Shown in pieces: positions 30,401-45,458 of a stretch of 64,000 nucleotides of DNA. Below the pieces are notes generated by a model. That model was not told the DNA's origin. It was given only the letters and a program-made list of their open reading frames with translations, and made no database searches. The stretch lies in contig JASTWF010000335.1 in assembly GCA_030390025.1 (NCBI GenBank), positions 124,001 to 188,000 on the forward strand, written 5' to 3'. Numbering within the stretch: position 1 is the first letter of the stretch; each line of letters begins with the position of its first letter. The stretch is from Squalus acanthias. Its lineage: Eukaryota. The translations under genes were made by a program, and so were the position numbers.

Positions 30401-33400
30401 GGTGTGTCACTCTCTAGATTAGATCAGTATCTCTCTATGGTGTGTCACTCTCTAGATTAGATCAGTATCTCTATGGTGTGTCACTCTCTAGATTAGATCA
30501 GTATCTCTCTATGGTGTGTCACTCTCTAGATTAGATCAGTATCTCTCTATGGTGTGTCACTCTCTAGATTAGATCAGTATCTCTCTATGGTGTGTCACTC
30601 TCTAGATTAGATCAGTATCTCTATGGTGTGTCACTCTCTAGATTAGATCAGTATCTCTCTATGTGTGTCACTCTCTAGATTAGATCAGTATCTCTCTATG
30701 GTGTGTCACTCTCTAGATTAGATCAGTATCTCTCTATGGTGTGTCACTCTCTAGATTAGATCAGTATCTCTCTATGGTGTGTCACTCTCTAGATTAGATC
30801 AGTATCTCTCTATGGTGTGTCACTCTCTAGATTAGATCAGTATCTCTATGGTGTGTCACTCTCTAGATTAGATCAGTATCTCTCTATGGTGTGTCACTCT
30901 CTAGATTAGATCAGTATCTCTCTATGGTGTGTCACTCTCTAGATTAGATCAGTATCTCTCTATGGTGTGTCACTCTCTAGATTAGATCAGTATCTCTCTA
31001 TGGTGTGTCACTCTCTAGATTAGATCAGTATCTCTATGGTGTGTCACTCTCTAGATTAGATCAGTATCTCTCTATGGTGTGTCACTCTCTAGATTAGATC
31101 AGTATCTCTCTATGGTGTGTCACTCTCTAGATTAGATCAGTATCTCTATGGTGTGTCACTCTCTAGATTAGATCAGTATCTCTCTATGGTGTGTCACTCT
31201 CTAGATTAGATCAGTATCTCTCTATGGTGTGTCACTCTCTAGATTAGATCAGTATCTCTCTATGGTGTGTCACTCTCTAGATTAGATCAGTATCTCTCTA
31301 TGGTGTGTCACTCTCTAGATTAGATCAGTATCTCTCTATGGTGTGTCACTCTCTAGATTAGATCAGTATCTCTCTATGGTGTGTCACTCTCTAGATTAGA
31401 TCAGTATCTCTATGGTGTGTCACTCTCTAGATTAGATCAGTATCTCTCTATGGTGTGTCACTCTCTAGATTAGATCAGTATCTCTCTATGGTGTGTCACT
31501 CTCTAGATTAGATCAGTATCTCTATGGTGTGTCACTCTCTAGATTAGATCAGTATCTCTCTATGGTGTTTCACTCTCTAGATTAGATCAGTATCTCTCTA
31601 TGATGTGTCACTCTCTAGATTAGATCAGTATCTCTCCATGGTGTGTCTCTCTAGATTAGAACAGTTTCTCTCTATGGTGTGTCACTCTCTAGATTAGATC
31701 AGTATCTCTCTATGGTGTGTCACTCTCTAGATTAGATCAGTATCTCTCTATGGTGTGTCACTCTCTAGATTAGATCAGTATCTCTCTATGGTGTGTCACT
31801 CTCTAGATTAGATCAGTATCTCTCTATGGTGTGTCACTCTCTAGATTAGATCAGTATCTCTCTATGGTGTGTCACTCTCTAGATTAGATCAGTATCTCTA
31901 TGGTGTGTCACTCTCTAGATTAGATCAGTATCTCTCTATGGTGTGTCACTCTCTAGATTAGATCAGTATCTCTCTATGGTGTGTCACTCTCTAGATTAGA
32001 TCAGTATCTCTCTATGGTGTGTCACTCTCTAGATTAGATCAGTATCTCTCTATGGTGTGTCACTCTCTAGATTAGATCAGTATCTCTCTATGGTGTGTCA
32101 CTCTCTAGATTAGATCAGTATCTCTCTATGGTGTGTCACTCTCTAGATTAGATCAGTATCTCTCTATGGTGTGTCACTCTCTAGATTAGATCAGTATCTC
32201 TCTATGGTGTGTCACTCTCTAGATTAGATCAGTATCTCTCTATGGTGTGTCACTCTCTAGATTAGATCAGTATCTCTCTATGGTGTGTCACTCTCTAGAT
32301 TAGATCAGTATCTCTCTATGGTGTGTCACTCTCTAGATTAGATCAGTATCTCTATGGTGTGTCACTCTCTAGATTAGATCAGTATCTCTCTATGGTGTGT
32401 CACTCTCTAGATTAGATCAGTATCTCTATGGTGTGTCACTCTCTAGATTAGATCAGTATCTCTCTATGGTGTGTCACTCTCTAGATTAGATCAGTATCTC
32501 TCTATGGTGTGTCACTCTCTAGATTAGATCAGTATCTCTCTATGGGTGTCACTCTCTAGATTAGATCAGTATCTCTCTATGGTGTGTCACTCTCTAGATT
32601 AGATCAGTATCTCTCTAGGTGTGTCACTCTCTAGATTAGATCAGTATCTCTCTATGGTGTGTCACTCTCTAGATTAGATCAGTATCTCTATGGTGTGTCA
32701 CTCTCTAGAGTAGATCAGAAGTCTCTCTATGGTGTGTCACTCTCTAGATTAGGATCAGTATCTCTTATGGTGTGTCATCTCTATTAGATCAGTTCTCTAT
32801 GGTGTGTCACTCTCTGATTAGATCAGTATCTCTATGGTGTTGTCTCTCTCTAGATTAGATCAGGTTCTCTCTATGTGTGTCACTCTCTAGATTAGATCAG
32901 TATCTCTCTATGGTGTGGTCACTCTCTAGATTAGATCAGTATCTCTCTATGGTGTGTCCTCTCTAGATTAGATCAGTATCTCTCTATGGTGTGTTCACTC
33001 TCTAGATTAGATCAGTATCTCTCTATGTGTGTCACTCTCTAGATTAGATCAGTATCTCTCTATGGTGTGTCACTCTCTAGATTAGATCAGTATCTCTCTA
33101 TGGTGTGTCACTCTCTAGATTAGATCAGTGTCTCTCTATGGTGTGTCACTCTCTAGATAGATGGTGTGTCACTCTCTAGATTAGATCAGTATCTCTCTAT
33201 GGTGTGTCACTCTCTAGATTAGATCAGTATCTCTCTATGGTGTGTCACTCTCTAGATTAGATCAGTATCTCTCTATGGTGTGTCACTCTCTAGATTAGAT
33301 CAGTATCTCTCTATGGTGTGTCACTCTCTAGATTAGATCAGTATCTCTCTATGGTGTGTCACTCTCTAGATTAGATCAGTATCTCTCTATGGTGTGTCAC

Positions 33401-36400
33401 TCTCTAGATTAGATCAGTATCTCTATGGTGTGTCACTCTCTAGATTAGATCAGTATCTCTCTATGGTGTGTCACTCTCTAGATTAGATCAGTATCTCTCT
33501 ATGGTGTGTCACTCTCTAGATTAGATCAGTATCTCTCTATGGTGTGTCACTCTCTAGATTAGATCAGTATCTCTCTATGGTGTGTCACTCTCTAGATTAG
33601 ATCAGTATCTCTCTATGGTGTGTCACTCTCTAGATTAGATCAGTATCTCTCTATGGTGTGTCACTCTCTAGATTAGATCAGTATCTCTCTATGGTGTGTC
33701 ACTCTCTAGATTAGATCAGTATCTCTCTATGGTGTGTCACTCTCTAGATTAGATCAGTATCTCTCTATGGTGTGTCACTCTCTAGATTAGATCAGTATCT
33801 CTCTATGGTGTGTCACTCTCTAGATTAGATCAGTATCTCTCTATGGTGTGTCACTCTCTAGATTAGATCAGTATCTCTATGGTGTGTCACTCTCTAGATT
33901 AGATCAGTATCTCTCTATGGTGTGTCACTCTCTAGATTAGATCAGTATCTCTCTATGGTGTGTCACTCTCTAGATTAGATCAGTATCTCTCTATGGTGTT
34001 TCACTCTCTAGATTAGATCAGTATCTCTCTATGGTGTTTCACTCTCTAGATTAGATCAGTATCTCTATGGTGTGTCTCTCTCTAGATTAGATCAGTATCT
34101 CTCTATGGTGTTTCACTCTCTAGATTAGATCAGTATCTCTCTATGGTGTGTCACTCTCTAGATTAGATCAGAATCTCTCTATGGTGTGTCACTCTCTAGA
34201 TTAGATCAGAATCTCTCTATGGTGTGTCACTCTCTAGATTAGATCAGTATCTCTCTATGGTGTGTCACTCTCTAGATTAGATCAGTATCTCTCTATGGTG
34301 TGTCACTCTCTAGATTAGATCAGTATCTCTCTATGGTGTGTCACTCTCTAGATTAGATCAGTATCTCTATGGTTTGTCACTCTCTAGATTAGATCAGTAA
34401 CTCTCTATGTTGTGTCACTCTCTAGATTAGATCAGTATCTCTCTATGGTGTGTCACTCTCTAGATTAGATCAGTATCTCTATGGTGTGTCACTCTCTAGA
34501 TTAGATCAGTATCTCTCTATGGTGTGTCACTCTCTAGATTAGATCAGTATCTCTCTATGGTGTGTCACTCTCTAGATTAGATCAGTATCTCTCTATGGTG
34601 TGTCACTCTCTAGATTAGATCAGTATCTCTCTATGGTGTGTCACTCTCTAGATTAGATCAGTATCTCTCTATGGTGTGTCACTCTCTAGATTAGATCAGT
34701 ATCTCTCTCTGGTGTGTCACTCTCTAGATTCGATCAGTATCTCTCTATGGTGTGTCACTCTCTAGATTAATCAGGTATCTCTATGTGTGGTCACTCTCTA
34801 GATTAGATCAGTATCTCTGCTATGGTGTGTCACTCTCTAGATTAGATCAGTATCTCTCTATGGTGTGTCACTCTCTAGATTAGATCAGTATCTCTCTATG
34901 GTGAGTCACTCTCTAGATTAGATCAGTATCTCTCTATGGTGTGTCACTCTCTAGATTAGATCAGTATCTCTCTATGGTGTGTCACTCTCTAGATTAGATC
35001 AGATCTCTCTATGGTGTGTCTCCTCTCTAGATTAGATCAGTATCTCTCTATGGTGTGTCACTCTCTAGATTAGATCAGTATCTCTCTATGGTGTGTCACT
35101 CTCTAGATAGATCATGATCTCTCGAATGGTTGTTTTTGTGTCACTCTCTAGATTAGATCAGTATCTCTCTATGGTGTTCACTCTCTAGATTAGATCAGTA
35201 TCTCTCTATGTGTGTCTCTCTCTAGATTAGATCAGTATCTCTCTATGGTGTGTCACTCTCTAGATTAGATCAGGTACTCTCTATGGTGTGGTCACTCTCT
35301 AGATTAGATCTGTATCTCTCTATGGTGTGTCACTCTCTAGATTAGATCAGTATCTCTCATGGTGTGTCACTCTCTAGATTAGATCAGGTTCTCTCTATGG
35401 GTGTGTCTCTCTCTAGAATAGATCAGTATCTCTCTATGGTGTGTCACTCTCTAGATTAGATCAGTATCTCTCTATGGTGTGTCACTCTCTAGATTAGATC
35501 AGTATCTCTCCATGGTGTGTCACTCTCTAGATTAGAGCAGTATCTCTCTATGGTGTTGTCACTCTCTAGATAGATCAGGTATCTCCTATGGTGTGTCACT
35601 CTCTTAGATTAGATCAGTATCTCTCTATGGTGTGTCACTCTCTAGATTAGATCAGTATCTCTCTATGGTGTGTCACTCTCTAGATTAGATCAGTAGTCTC
35701 TCTATGGTGTGTCACTCTCTAGATTAGATCAGTATCTCTCTATGGTGTGTCACTCTCTAGATTAGATCAGTATCTCTCTATGGTGTTTCACTTTCTAGAT
35801 TAGATCAGTATCTCTCTATGGTGTGTCACTCTCTAGATTAGATCAGATCTCTCTTGTTGTGTCACTCTCTAGATTAGATCAGTATCTCTCTATGGTGTGT
35901 CACTCTCTAGATTAGATCAGTATCTCTCTATGGTGTGTCACTCTCTAGATTAGATCAGTATCTCTCTATGGTGTGTCACTCTCTAGATTAGATCAGTATC
36001 TCTCTATGGTGTGTCACTCTCTAGATTAGATCAGTATCTCTCTATGGTGTGTCACTCTCTAGATTAGATCAGTATCTCTCTATGGTGTGTCACTCTCTAG
36101 ATTAGATCAGTATCTCTCTATGGTGTGTCACTCTCTAGATTAGATCAGTATCTCTCTATGGTGTGTCACTCTCTAGATTAGATCAGTATCTCTCTATGGT
36201 GTGTCACTCTCTAGATTAGATCAGTATCTCTCTATGGGTGTCACTCTCTAGATTAGATCAGTATCTCTCTATGGTGTGTCACTCTCTAGATTAGATCAGT
36301 ATCTCTCTATGGTGTGTCACTCTCTAGATTAGATCAGTATCTCTATGGTGTGTCACTCTCTAGATTAGATCAGTATCTCTCTATGGTGTGTCACTCTCTA

Positions 36401-39400
36401 GATTAGATCAGTATCTCTCTATGGTGTGTCACTCTCTAGATTAGATCAGTATCTCTCTATGGTGTGTCACTCTCTAGATTAGATCAGTATCTCTCTATGG
36501 TGTGTCACTCTCTAGATTAGATCAGTATCTCTCTATGGTGTGTCACTCTCTAGATTAGATCAGTATCTCTCTATGGTGTGTCACTCTCTAGATTAGATCA
36601 GTATCTCTCTATGGTGTGTCACTCTCTAGATTAGATCAGTATCTCTCTATGGTGTGTCACTCTCTAGATTAGATCAGTATCTCTCTATGGTGTGTCACTC
36701 TCTAGATTAGATCAGTATCTCTCTATGGTGTGTCACTCTCTAGATTAGATCAGTATCTCTCTATGGTTGTGTCACTCTCTAGATTAGATCAGTATCTCTC
36801 TATGGTGTGTCACTCTCTAGAATAGATCAGTATCTCTCTATGGTGTGTCACTCTCTAGATTAGATCAGTATCTCTATGGTATGTCACTCTTTAGATTAGA
36901 TCAGTATCTCTCTATGGTGTGTCACTCTCTAGATTAGATCAGTATCTCTCTATGGTTGTCACTCTCTAGATTTGATCAGTACTCTCTATGGTGTGTCACT
37001 CTCTAGATTAGATCAGTATCTCTCTATGGTGTGTCACTCTCTAGATTAGATCAGTATCTCTATGAGGTGTTCACTCTCTAGATTAGATCAGTATCTCTCT
37101 ATGGTGTGTCACTCTCTAGATTAGATCAGTATCTCTCTATGGTGTGTCACTCTCTAGATTAGATCAGTATCTCTCTATGGTGTGTCACCTCCTTGATTAG
37201 ATCAGTATCTCTATGGTGTGTCACTCTCTAGATTAGATCGGTATCTCTCTATGGTGTGTCCTCTCTAGATTAGATCAGTTTCTCTCTATGGTGTGTCACT
37301 CCTAGATTAGATCAGTTCTCTCTTGTTGTGTCACTCTCTAGATTAGTCAGTATCTCTCTATGGTGTGTCACTCTCTAGATTAGATCAGTATCTCTCTATG
37401 ATGTGTCACTCTCTAGATTAGATCAGTATCTCTATGGTGTCCTCCTAGATGATCAGGATCTCTCATGGGTGTGTCTCCTCTAGATTGAACAGTTTCTCTC
37501 TATGGTGTGTCACTCTCTAGATTAGATCAGTATCTCTCTATGGTGTGTCATCTCTATGGTCACACTAGATAGATCAGTATCTCTCTATGGTGTGTCACTC
37601 TCTAGATTAGATCAGTATCTCTCTATGGTGTGTCACTCTCTAGATTAGATCAGTATCTCTCTATGGTGTGTCACTCTCTAGATTAGATCAGTATCTCTCT
37701 ATGTGTTTCACTCTCTAGATTAGATCAGTATCTCTCTATGATGTTTCACTCTCTAGATTAGATCAGTATCTCTCTATGGTGTGTCCTCTCTCTAGATTAG
37801 ATCAGTATCTCTCTATGGTGTGTCACTCTCTAGATTAGATCAGTATCTCTCTATGGTGTGTCACTTCTCTAGATTAGATCAGTATCTCTCTATGGTGTGT
37901 CACTCTCTAGATTAGATCAGTATCTCTCTATGGTGTGTCACTCTCTAGATTAGATCAGTATCTCTATGGTGTGTCACTCTCTAGATTAGATCAGTATCTC
38001 TCTATGGTGTGTCACTCTCTAGATTAGCTCAGTATCTCTCTATGGTGTGTCACTCTCTAGATTAGATCAGTATCTCTATGGTGTGTCACTCTCTAGATTA
38101 GATCAGTATCTCTCTATGGTGTGTCACTCTCTAGATTAGATCAGTATCTCTCTATGGTGTGTCACTCTCTAGATTAGATCAGTATCTCTCTATGGTGTGT
38201 CACTCTCTAGATTAGATCAGTATCTCTCTATGGTGTGTCACTCTCTAGATTAGATCAGTATCTCTCTATGGTGTGTCACTCTCTAGATTAGATCAGTATC
38301 TCTCTATGGTGTGTCACTCTCTAGATTAGATCAGTATCTCTCTATGGTGTGTCACTCTCTAGATTAGATCAGTATCTCTCTATGGTGTTTCACTCTCTAG
38401 ATTAGATCAGTATCTCTCTATGGTGTGTCACTCTCTAGATTAGATCAGTATCTCTCTATGGTGTGTCACTCTCTAGATTAGATCAGTATCTCTCTATGGT
38501 GTGTCACTCTCTAGATTAGATCAGTATCTCTCTATGGTGTGTCACTCTCTAGATTAGATCAGTACTCTCTATGGTGTGTCACTCTCTAGATTAGATCAGT
38601 ATCTCTCTATGGTGTGTCACTCTCTAGATTAGATCAGTATCTCTCTATGGTGTGTCACTCTCTAGATTAGATCAGTATCTCTCTATGGTGTGTCACTCTC
38701 TAGATTAGATCAGTATCTCTCTATGGTGTGTCACTCTCTAGATTAGATCAGTATCTCTCTATGGTGTGTCACTCTCTAGATTAGATCAGTATCTCTCTAT
38801 GGTGTGTCACTCTCTAGATTAGATCAGTATCTCTCTATGGTGTGTCACTCTCTAGATTAGATCAGTATCTCTCTATGGTGTGTCACTCTCTAGATTAGAT
38901 CTAGATTAGATCAGTATCTCTATGGTGTGTCACTCTCTAGATTAGATCAGTATCTCTCTATGTTGTGTCACTCTCTAGATTAGATCAGTATCTCTCTATG
39001 GTGTGTCACCTCTAGATTAGATCAGTATCTCTATGGTGTGTCACTCTCTAGATTAGATCAGTATCTCTCTATGGTGTGTCTCTCTCTAGATTAGATCAGT
39101 ATCTCTCTATGGTGTGTCACTCTCTAGATTAGATCAGTATCTCCTATGGTGTGTCACTCTCTAGATTAGATCAGTATCTCTCTATGGTGTGTCACTCTCT
39201 AGATTAGATCAGTATCTCTCTATGGTGTGTCACTCTCTAGATTAGATCAGTATCTCTCTATGGTGTGTCACTCTCTAGATTAGATCAGTATCCCGCTGGT
39301 GTTTCACTCTCTAGATTAGATCAGTATCTCTCTAGGGTGTGTCACTCTCTAGATTAGATCAGTATCTCTCTATGGTGTGTCACTCTCTAGATTAGATCAG

Positions 39401-42400
39401 TATCTCTCTATGGTGTGTCACTCTCTAGATTAGATCAGTATCTCTATGGTGTGTCACTCTCTAGATTAGATCAGTATCTCTCTTGGTGTGTCACTCTCTA
39501 GATTAGATCAGTATCTCTCTATGGTGTGTCACTCTCTAGATTAGATCAGTATCTCTATGGTGTGTCACTCTCTAGATTAGATCAGTATCTCTCTATGGTG
39601 TGTCACTCTCTAGATTAGATCAGTATCTCTCTATGGTGTGTCACTCTCTAGATTAGATCAGTATCTCTCTATGGTGTGTCACTCTCTAGATTAGATCAGT
39701 ATCTCTATGGTTTGTCACTCTCTAGATTAGATCAGTAACTCTCTATGGTGTGTCACTCTCTAGATTAGATCAGTATCTCTCTATGGTGTGTCACTCTCTA
39801 GATTAGATCAGTATCTCTATGGTGTGTCACTCTCTAGATTAGATCAGTATCTCTCTATGGTGTGTCACTCTCTAGATTAGATCAGTATCTCTCTATGGTG
39901 TGTCACTCTCTAGATTAGATCAGTATCTCTCTATGGTGTGTCACTCTCTAGATTAGATCAGTATCTCTCTATGGTGTTTCACTCTCTAGATTAGATCAGT
40001 ATCTCTATGGTGTGTCACTCTCTAGATTAGATCAGTATCTCTCTATGGGCTGTGTTCACTCTCTAGATTAGATCAGTATCTCTATGGTGTGTGTCTCTCT
40101 CTAGATAGATCAGTATCTCTCTATGGTTGTGTCACTCTCTAGATTAGATCAGTATCTCTCTATGGTGTGTCACTCTCTCGATTAGATCAGTAGCTCCTAA
40201 TGTTGTTTCACTCTCTAGATTAGATCAGTATCTCTCTATGGTTGTTCACTCTCTAGATTAGATCAGTAATCTCTATGGTTTGTCACTCTCTAGATTAGAT
40301 CTAGTATCTCTCTATGGTCGGGTTCCCACTCTCTATGGTGTTTCACTCTCTAGATTAGATCAGTATCTCTCTATGATGTGTCACTCTCTAGATTAGATCA
40401 GTCTCCTCTCTATGGTGTGTCTCTCTCTAGATTAGACAGTTCTCTCTATGGTGTGTACTCTCTAGAATAGATCCAGTTTCTCTCTACTGGTGTGTCTCTC
40501 TTCTAGATTAGATCAGTATCTCTCTATGGTGTGTCTCTCTCTAGATTAGATCAGTATCTCTATGGTGTCTCACTCTCTATATTAGATCAGTATCTCTATA
40601 TGGTGTGTCCACTCTCTAGATTAGATCAGTATCTCTATGGTGTGTCACTCTCTAGATTAGATCAGTATCTCTCTATGGTGTGTCACTCTCTAGATTAGAC
40701 TCAGTATCTCTATGGTGTGTCACTCTCCTGGATTAGATCAGTATTCTCTATGGTGGTCACTCTCTTGATTAGATCAGTATCTCTCTATGGTGTGTCTCTC
40801 TAGATTAGATCAGTATCTCTCTATGGTGTGTCTCTCTAGATTAGATCAGTATCTCTCTATGGTGTGTCACTCTCTAGATTAGATCAGTATCTCTCTATGG
40901 TGTGTCTTCTAGATTAGATCAGTTTCTCTCTATGGTGTGTCACTCTCTAGATTAGATCAGTATCTCTCTATGGTGTGTCACTCTCTAGATTAGATCAGTA
41001 CTCTCTATGGTGTGTCTCTTAGATGATCAGCTTTCTCTCTATGGTGTGTCACTCTCTAGATTAGATCAGTATCTCTCTATGGTGTGTCACTCTCTAGATT
41101 AGATCAGTATCTCTCTATGGTGTGTCACTCTCTAGATTAGATCAGTATCTCTCTATGTGTGTCACTCTCTAGATTAGATCAGTATCTCTCTATGGTGTTT
41201 CACTCTCTAGATTAGATCAGATCTCTATGGTGTGTCTCTCTCTAGATTAGATCAGTATCTCTCTATGGTGTGTCACTTCTAGATTAGATTCAGTATCTCT
41301 CTATGGTGTGTCACTCTCTAGATTAGATCAGTATCTCTCTATGTGTGTCACTCTCTAGATTAGATCAGTGTCTCTCTATGGTGTGTCATCTCTAGATAGA
41401 TCCGTATCTCTATGGTGTGTCACTCTCTAGATTAGATGAGTAACTCTCTATGGTGTGTCACTCTCTAGATTAGATCAGTATCTCTCTATGGTGTGTCACT
41501 CTCTAGATTAGATCAGTATCTCTATGGTGTGTCACTCTCTAGATTAGATGAGTAACTCTCTATGGTGTGTCACTCTCTAGATTAGATCAGTATCTCTCTA
41601 TGGTGTGTATCTCTAGATTAGATCAGTGTCTCTCTATGGTGTGTCAATCTCTAGATTAGATCAGTATCTCTCTATGGTGTTTCACTCTCTAGATTAGATC
41701 GGTATCTCTATGGTGTGTCACTCTCTTGAATAGATTAGTATCTCTCTATGGTGTGGCTCTCTCTTGATTAGATCAGTATGTCTATGGTGTGTCACTTTCT
41801 AGATTAGATCAGTATCTCTCTATGTGAGTCACTCTCTAGTTAGATCAATGTCCTCTCTAGTAGAAGTATGTGGTCACTCTAGATTAGATCAGTATCTCTC
41901 TATGGTGTTTCACTCTCTAGATTAGATCAGTATCTCTCTATGGTGTGTCACTCTCTAGATTAGATCAGTATCTCTCTATGGTGTGTCACTCTCTAGATTA
42001 GATCAGTATCTCTCTATGGTGTGTCACTCTCTAGATTAGATCAGTATCTCTCTATGGTGTGTCACTCTCTAGATTAGATCAGAATCTCTCTATGGTGTGT
42101 CACTCTCTAGATTAGATCAGTATCTCTCTATGGTGTGTCACTCTCTAGATTAGATCAGTATCTCTCTATGGTGTGTCACTCTCTAGATTAGATCAGTATC
42201 TCTCTATGGTTTGTCACTCTCTAGATTAGATCAGTATCTCTCTATGTGTGTCACTCTCTAGATTAGATCAGTATCTCTATGGTGTGTCACTCTCTAGATT
42301 AGATCAGTATCTCTCTATGGATGTTTCACTCTCTAGATTAGATCAGTATCTCTCTATCGTGTGTCACTCTCTAGATTAGATCAGTATCTCTCTATGGTGT

Positions 42401-45400
42401 TTCACTCTCTAGATTAGATCAGTATCCTCTATGGTGTGTCACTCTCTAGATTAGATCAGTATCTCTCTATGGTGTGTCACTCTCTAGATTAGATCAGTAT
42501 CTCTCATGGTGTGTCACTCTCTAGATTAGATCAGTATCTCTCTATGGTGTGTCACTCTCTAGTACTCTATGGTGTGTCACTCTCTAGATTAGATCAGAAT
42601 CTCTCTATGGTGTGTCACTCTCTAGATTAGATCAGTATCTCTCTATGGTGTGTCACTCTCTAGATTAGATCAGTATCTCTCTATGGATGTGTCACTCTCT
42701 AGATTAGATCAGTATCTCTCTATGGTGTGTCACTCTCTAGATTAGATCAGTATCTCTCTATGGTGTGTCACTCTCTAGATTAGATCAGTATCTCTCTATG
42801 GTGTGTCACTCTCTAGATTAGATCAGTATCTCTATGGTGTGTCTCTCTAGATTAGATCAGTTCTCTCTATGGTGTGTCACTCTCTAGATTAGATCAGTAT
42901 CTCTCTATGGTGTGTCACTCTCTAGATTAGATCAGTATCTCTCTATGTGTGTCTCTCTCTAGATTAGATCAGTATCTCTCTATGGTGTGTCACTCTCTAG
43001 ATTAGATCAGAATCTCTCTATGGTGTGTCACTCTCTAGATTAGATCAGTATCTCTCTATGGTGTGTCACTCTCTAGATTAGATCAGTATCTCTCTATGGT
43101 GTGTCACTCTCTAGATTAGATCAGTATCTCTCTATGGTGTGTCACTCTCTAGATTAGATCAGTATCTCTCTATGGTGTGTCACTCTCTAGATTAGATCAG
43201 AATCTCTCTATGGTGTGTCACTCTCTAGATTAGATCAGTATCTCTTGTGTGTCACTCTCTAATTAGATCAGTATCTCTTTATGGTGTCACTCTCTAGATT
43301 AGATCAGTATCTCTATGGTGTGTCACTCTCTAGATTAGATGAGTAACTCTCTATGGTGTGTCACTCTCTAGATTAGATCAGTATCTCTCTATGGTGTGTC
43401 ACTCTCTAGATTAGATCAGTGTCTCTCTATGGTGTGTCACTCTCTAGATTAGATCAATGTCTCTCTATGGTGTGTCACTCTCTAGATTAGATCAGTATCT
43501 CTCTATGGTGTGTCACTCTCTAGATTAGATCTGTATCTCTCTATGGTGTGTCACTCTTTAGATTAGATCAGTAACTCTCTATGGTGTGTCACTCTCTAGA
43601 TTAGATCTGTATCTCTCTATGGTGTGTCACTCTTTAGATTAGATCAGTAACTCTCTATGGTGTGTCACTCTCTAGATTAGATCAGAATCTCTCTATGGTG
43701 TGTCACTCTCTAGATTAGATCAGAATCTCTCTATGGTGTGTCACTCTCTAGATTAGATCAGAATCTCTCTATGGTGTGTCACTCTCTAGATTAGATCAGT
43801 ATCTCTCTATGGTGTGTCACTCTCTAGATTAGATCAGTATCTCTCTATGGTGTGTCACTCTCTAGATTAGATCAGTCTCTCTATGGTGTGTCACTCTCTA
43901 GATTAGATCAGTAACTCTCTATGGTGTGTCACTCTCTAGATTAGATCAGTATCTCTCTATGGTGTGTCACTCTCTAGATTAGATCAGTATCTCTCTATGG
44001 TGTGTCACTCTCTAGATTAGATCAGTATCTCTCTATGGTGTGTCACTCTCTAGATTAGATCAGAATCTCTCTATGGTGTGTCACTCTCTAGATTAGATCA
44101 GTATCTCTCTATGGTGTGTCACTCTCTAGATTAGATCAGATCTCTCTATGGTGTGTCACTCTCTAGATTAGATCAGTATCTCTCTATGGTGTGTCACTCT
44201 CTAGATTAGATCAGTATCTCTCTATGGTGTGTCACTCTCTAGATTAGATCAGTATCTCTCTATGGTGTGTCACTCTCTAGATTAGATCAGTATCCTCTCT
44301 ATGGTGTGTCACTCTCTAGATTAGATCAGTATCTCTCTATGGTGTGTCACTCTCTAGATTAGATCAGTATCTCTCTATGGTGTGTCACTCTCTAGATTAG
44401 ATCAGTATCTCTCTATGGTGTGTCACTCTCTAGATTAGATCAGACTCTATGGTGTGTCACTCTCTAGATTAGATCAGTATCTCTATGGTGTCACTCTCTA
44501 GATTAGATCAGTATCTCTCTATGGTGTGTCACTCTCTAGATTAGATCAGTATCTCTCTATGGTGTGTCACTCTCTAGATTAGATCAGTATCTCTCATGGT
44601 GTGTCACTCTCTAGATTAGATCAGTATCTCTCTATGGTGTGTCACTCTCTAGATTAGATCAGTATCTCTCTATGGTGTGTCACTCTCTAGATTAGATCAG
44701 TATCTCTCTATGGGTGTCACTCTCTAGATTAGATCAGTATCTCTCTATGGTGTGTCACTCTCTAGATTAGATCAGAATCTCTCTATGGTGTGTCACTCTC
44801 TAGATTAGATCAGTATCTCTCTATGGTGTGTCACTCTCTAGATTAGATCAGTATCTCTCTATGGTGTGTCACCTCTGATTAGATCAGTATCTCTCCATGG
44901 TGTGTCTCACTAGACAGATCAGTATCTCTCTATGGTGTGTCACTCTCTAGATTAGATCAGTATCTCTCTATGGTGTGTCACTCTCTAGATTAGATCAGTA
45001 TCTCTCTATGGTGTGTCACTCTTTAGATTAGATCAGTATCTCTCTATGGTGTTTCACTCTCTAGATTAGATCAGTATCTCTCTATGGTGTGTCACTCTCT
45101 AGATTAGATCAGTATCTCTCTATGGTGTGTCACTCTCTAGATTAGATCAGTACCTCTGTGGTGTGTCAGTCTCTCGATTAGATCAGTATCTCTATGGTGT
45201 TTCACTCTCTAGATTAGATCAGTATCTCTCTGTGGTGTGTCTTTCTCTAGATTAGATCAGTATTTCTCTATGGTGTGTCTTTCTCTAGATTAGATCAGTA
45301 TCTCTATGGTGTGTCTTTCTGTAGATTAGATCAGTATCTCTCTATGGTGTGTCTCTCTCTAGATTAGATCAGTATCTCTCTATGGTGTGTCTTTCTCTAG

Positions 45401-45431
45401 ATTAGATCAGTATCTCTCTATGGTGTGTCAC
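438..45431. repeat. ~45 kb tandem satellite, 38-bp unit TAGATTAGATCAGTATCTCTCTATGGTGTGTCACTCTC (~1,180 copies), with a frequent 36-bp variant lacking one CT
   Basis: Unit read directly and repeated without interruption from ~438 to ~45431. One XbaI site (TCTAGA) and one GATC per unit, no CpG in the consensus. Edge units are more diverged. Confidence 0.99.
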
Positions 45432-45458
45432 ATAACAGGTATTTGTCTCATTTTGCAG

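Noticed and set aside
438..45431. CRISPR-like array of ~38-bp repeats
   Set aside because: Head-to-tail units with no unique spacers, no cas genes, and a vertebrate repeat context.
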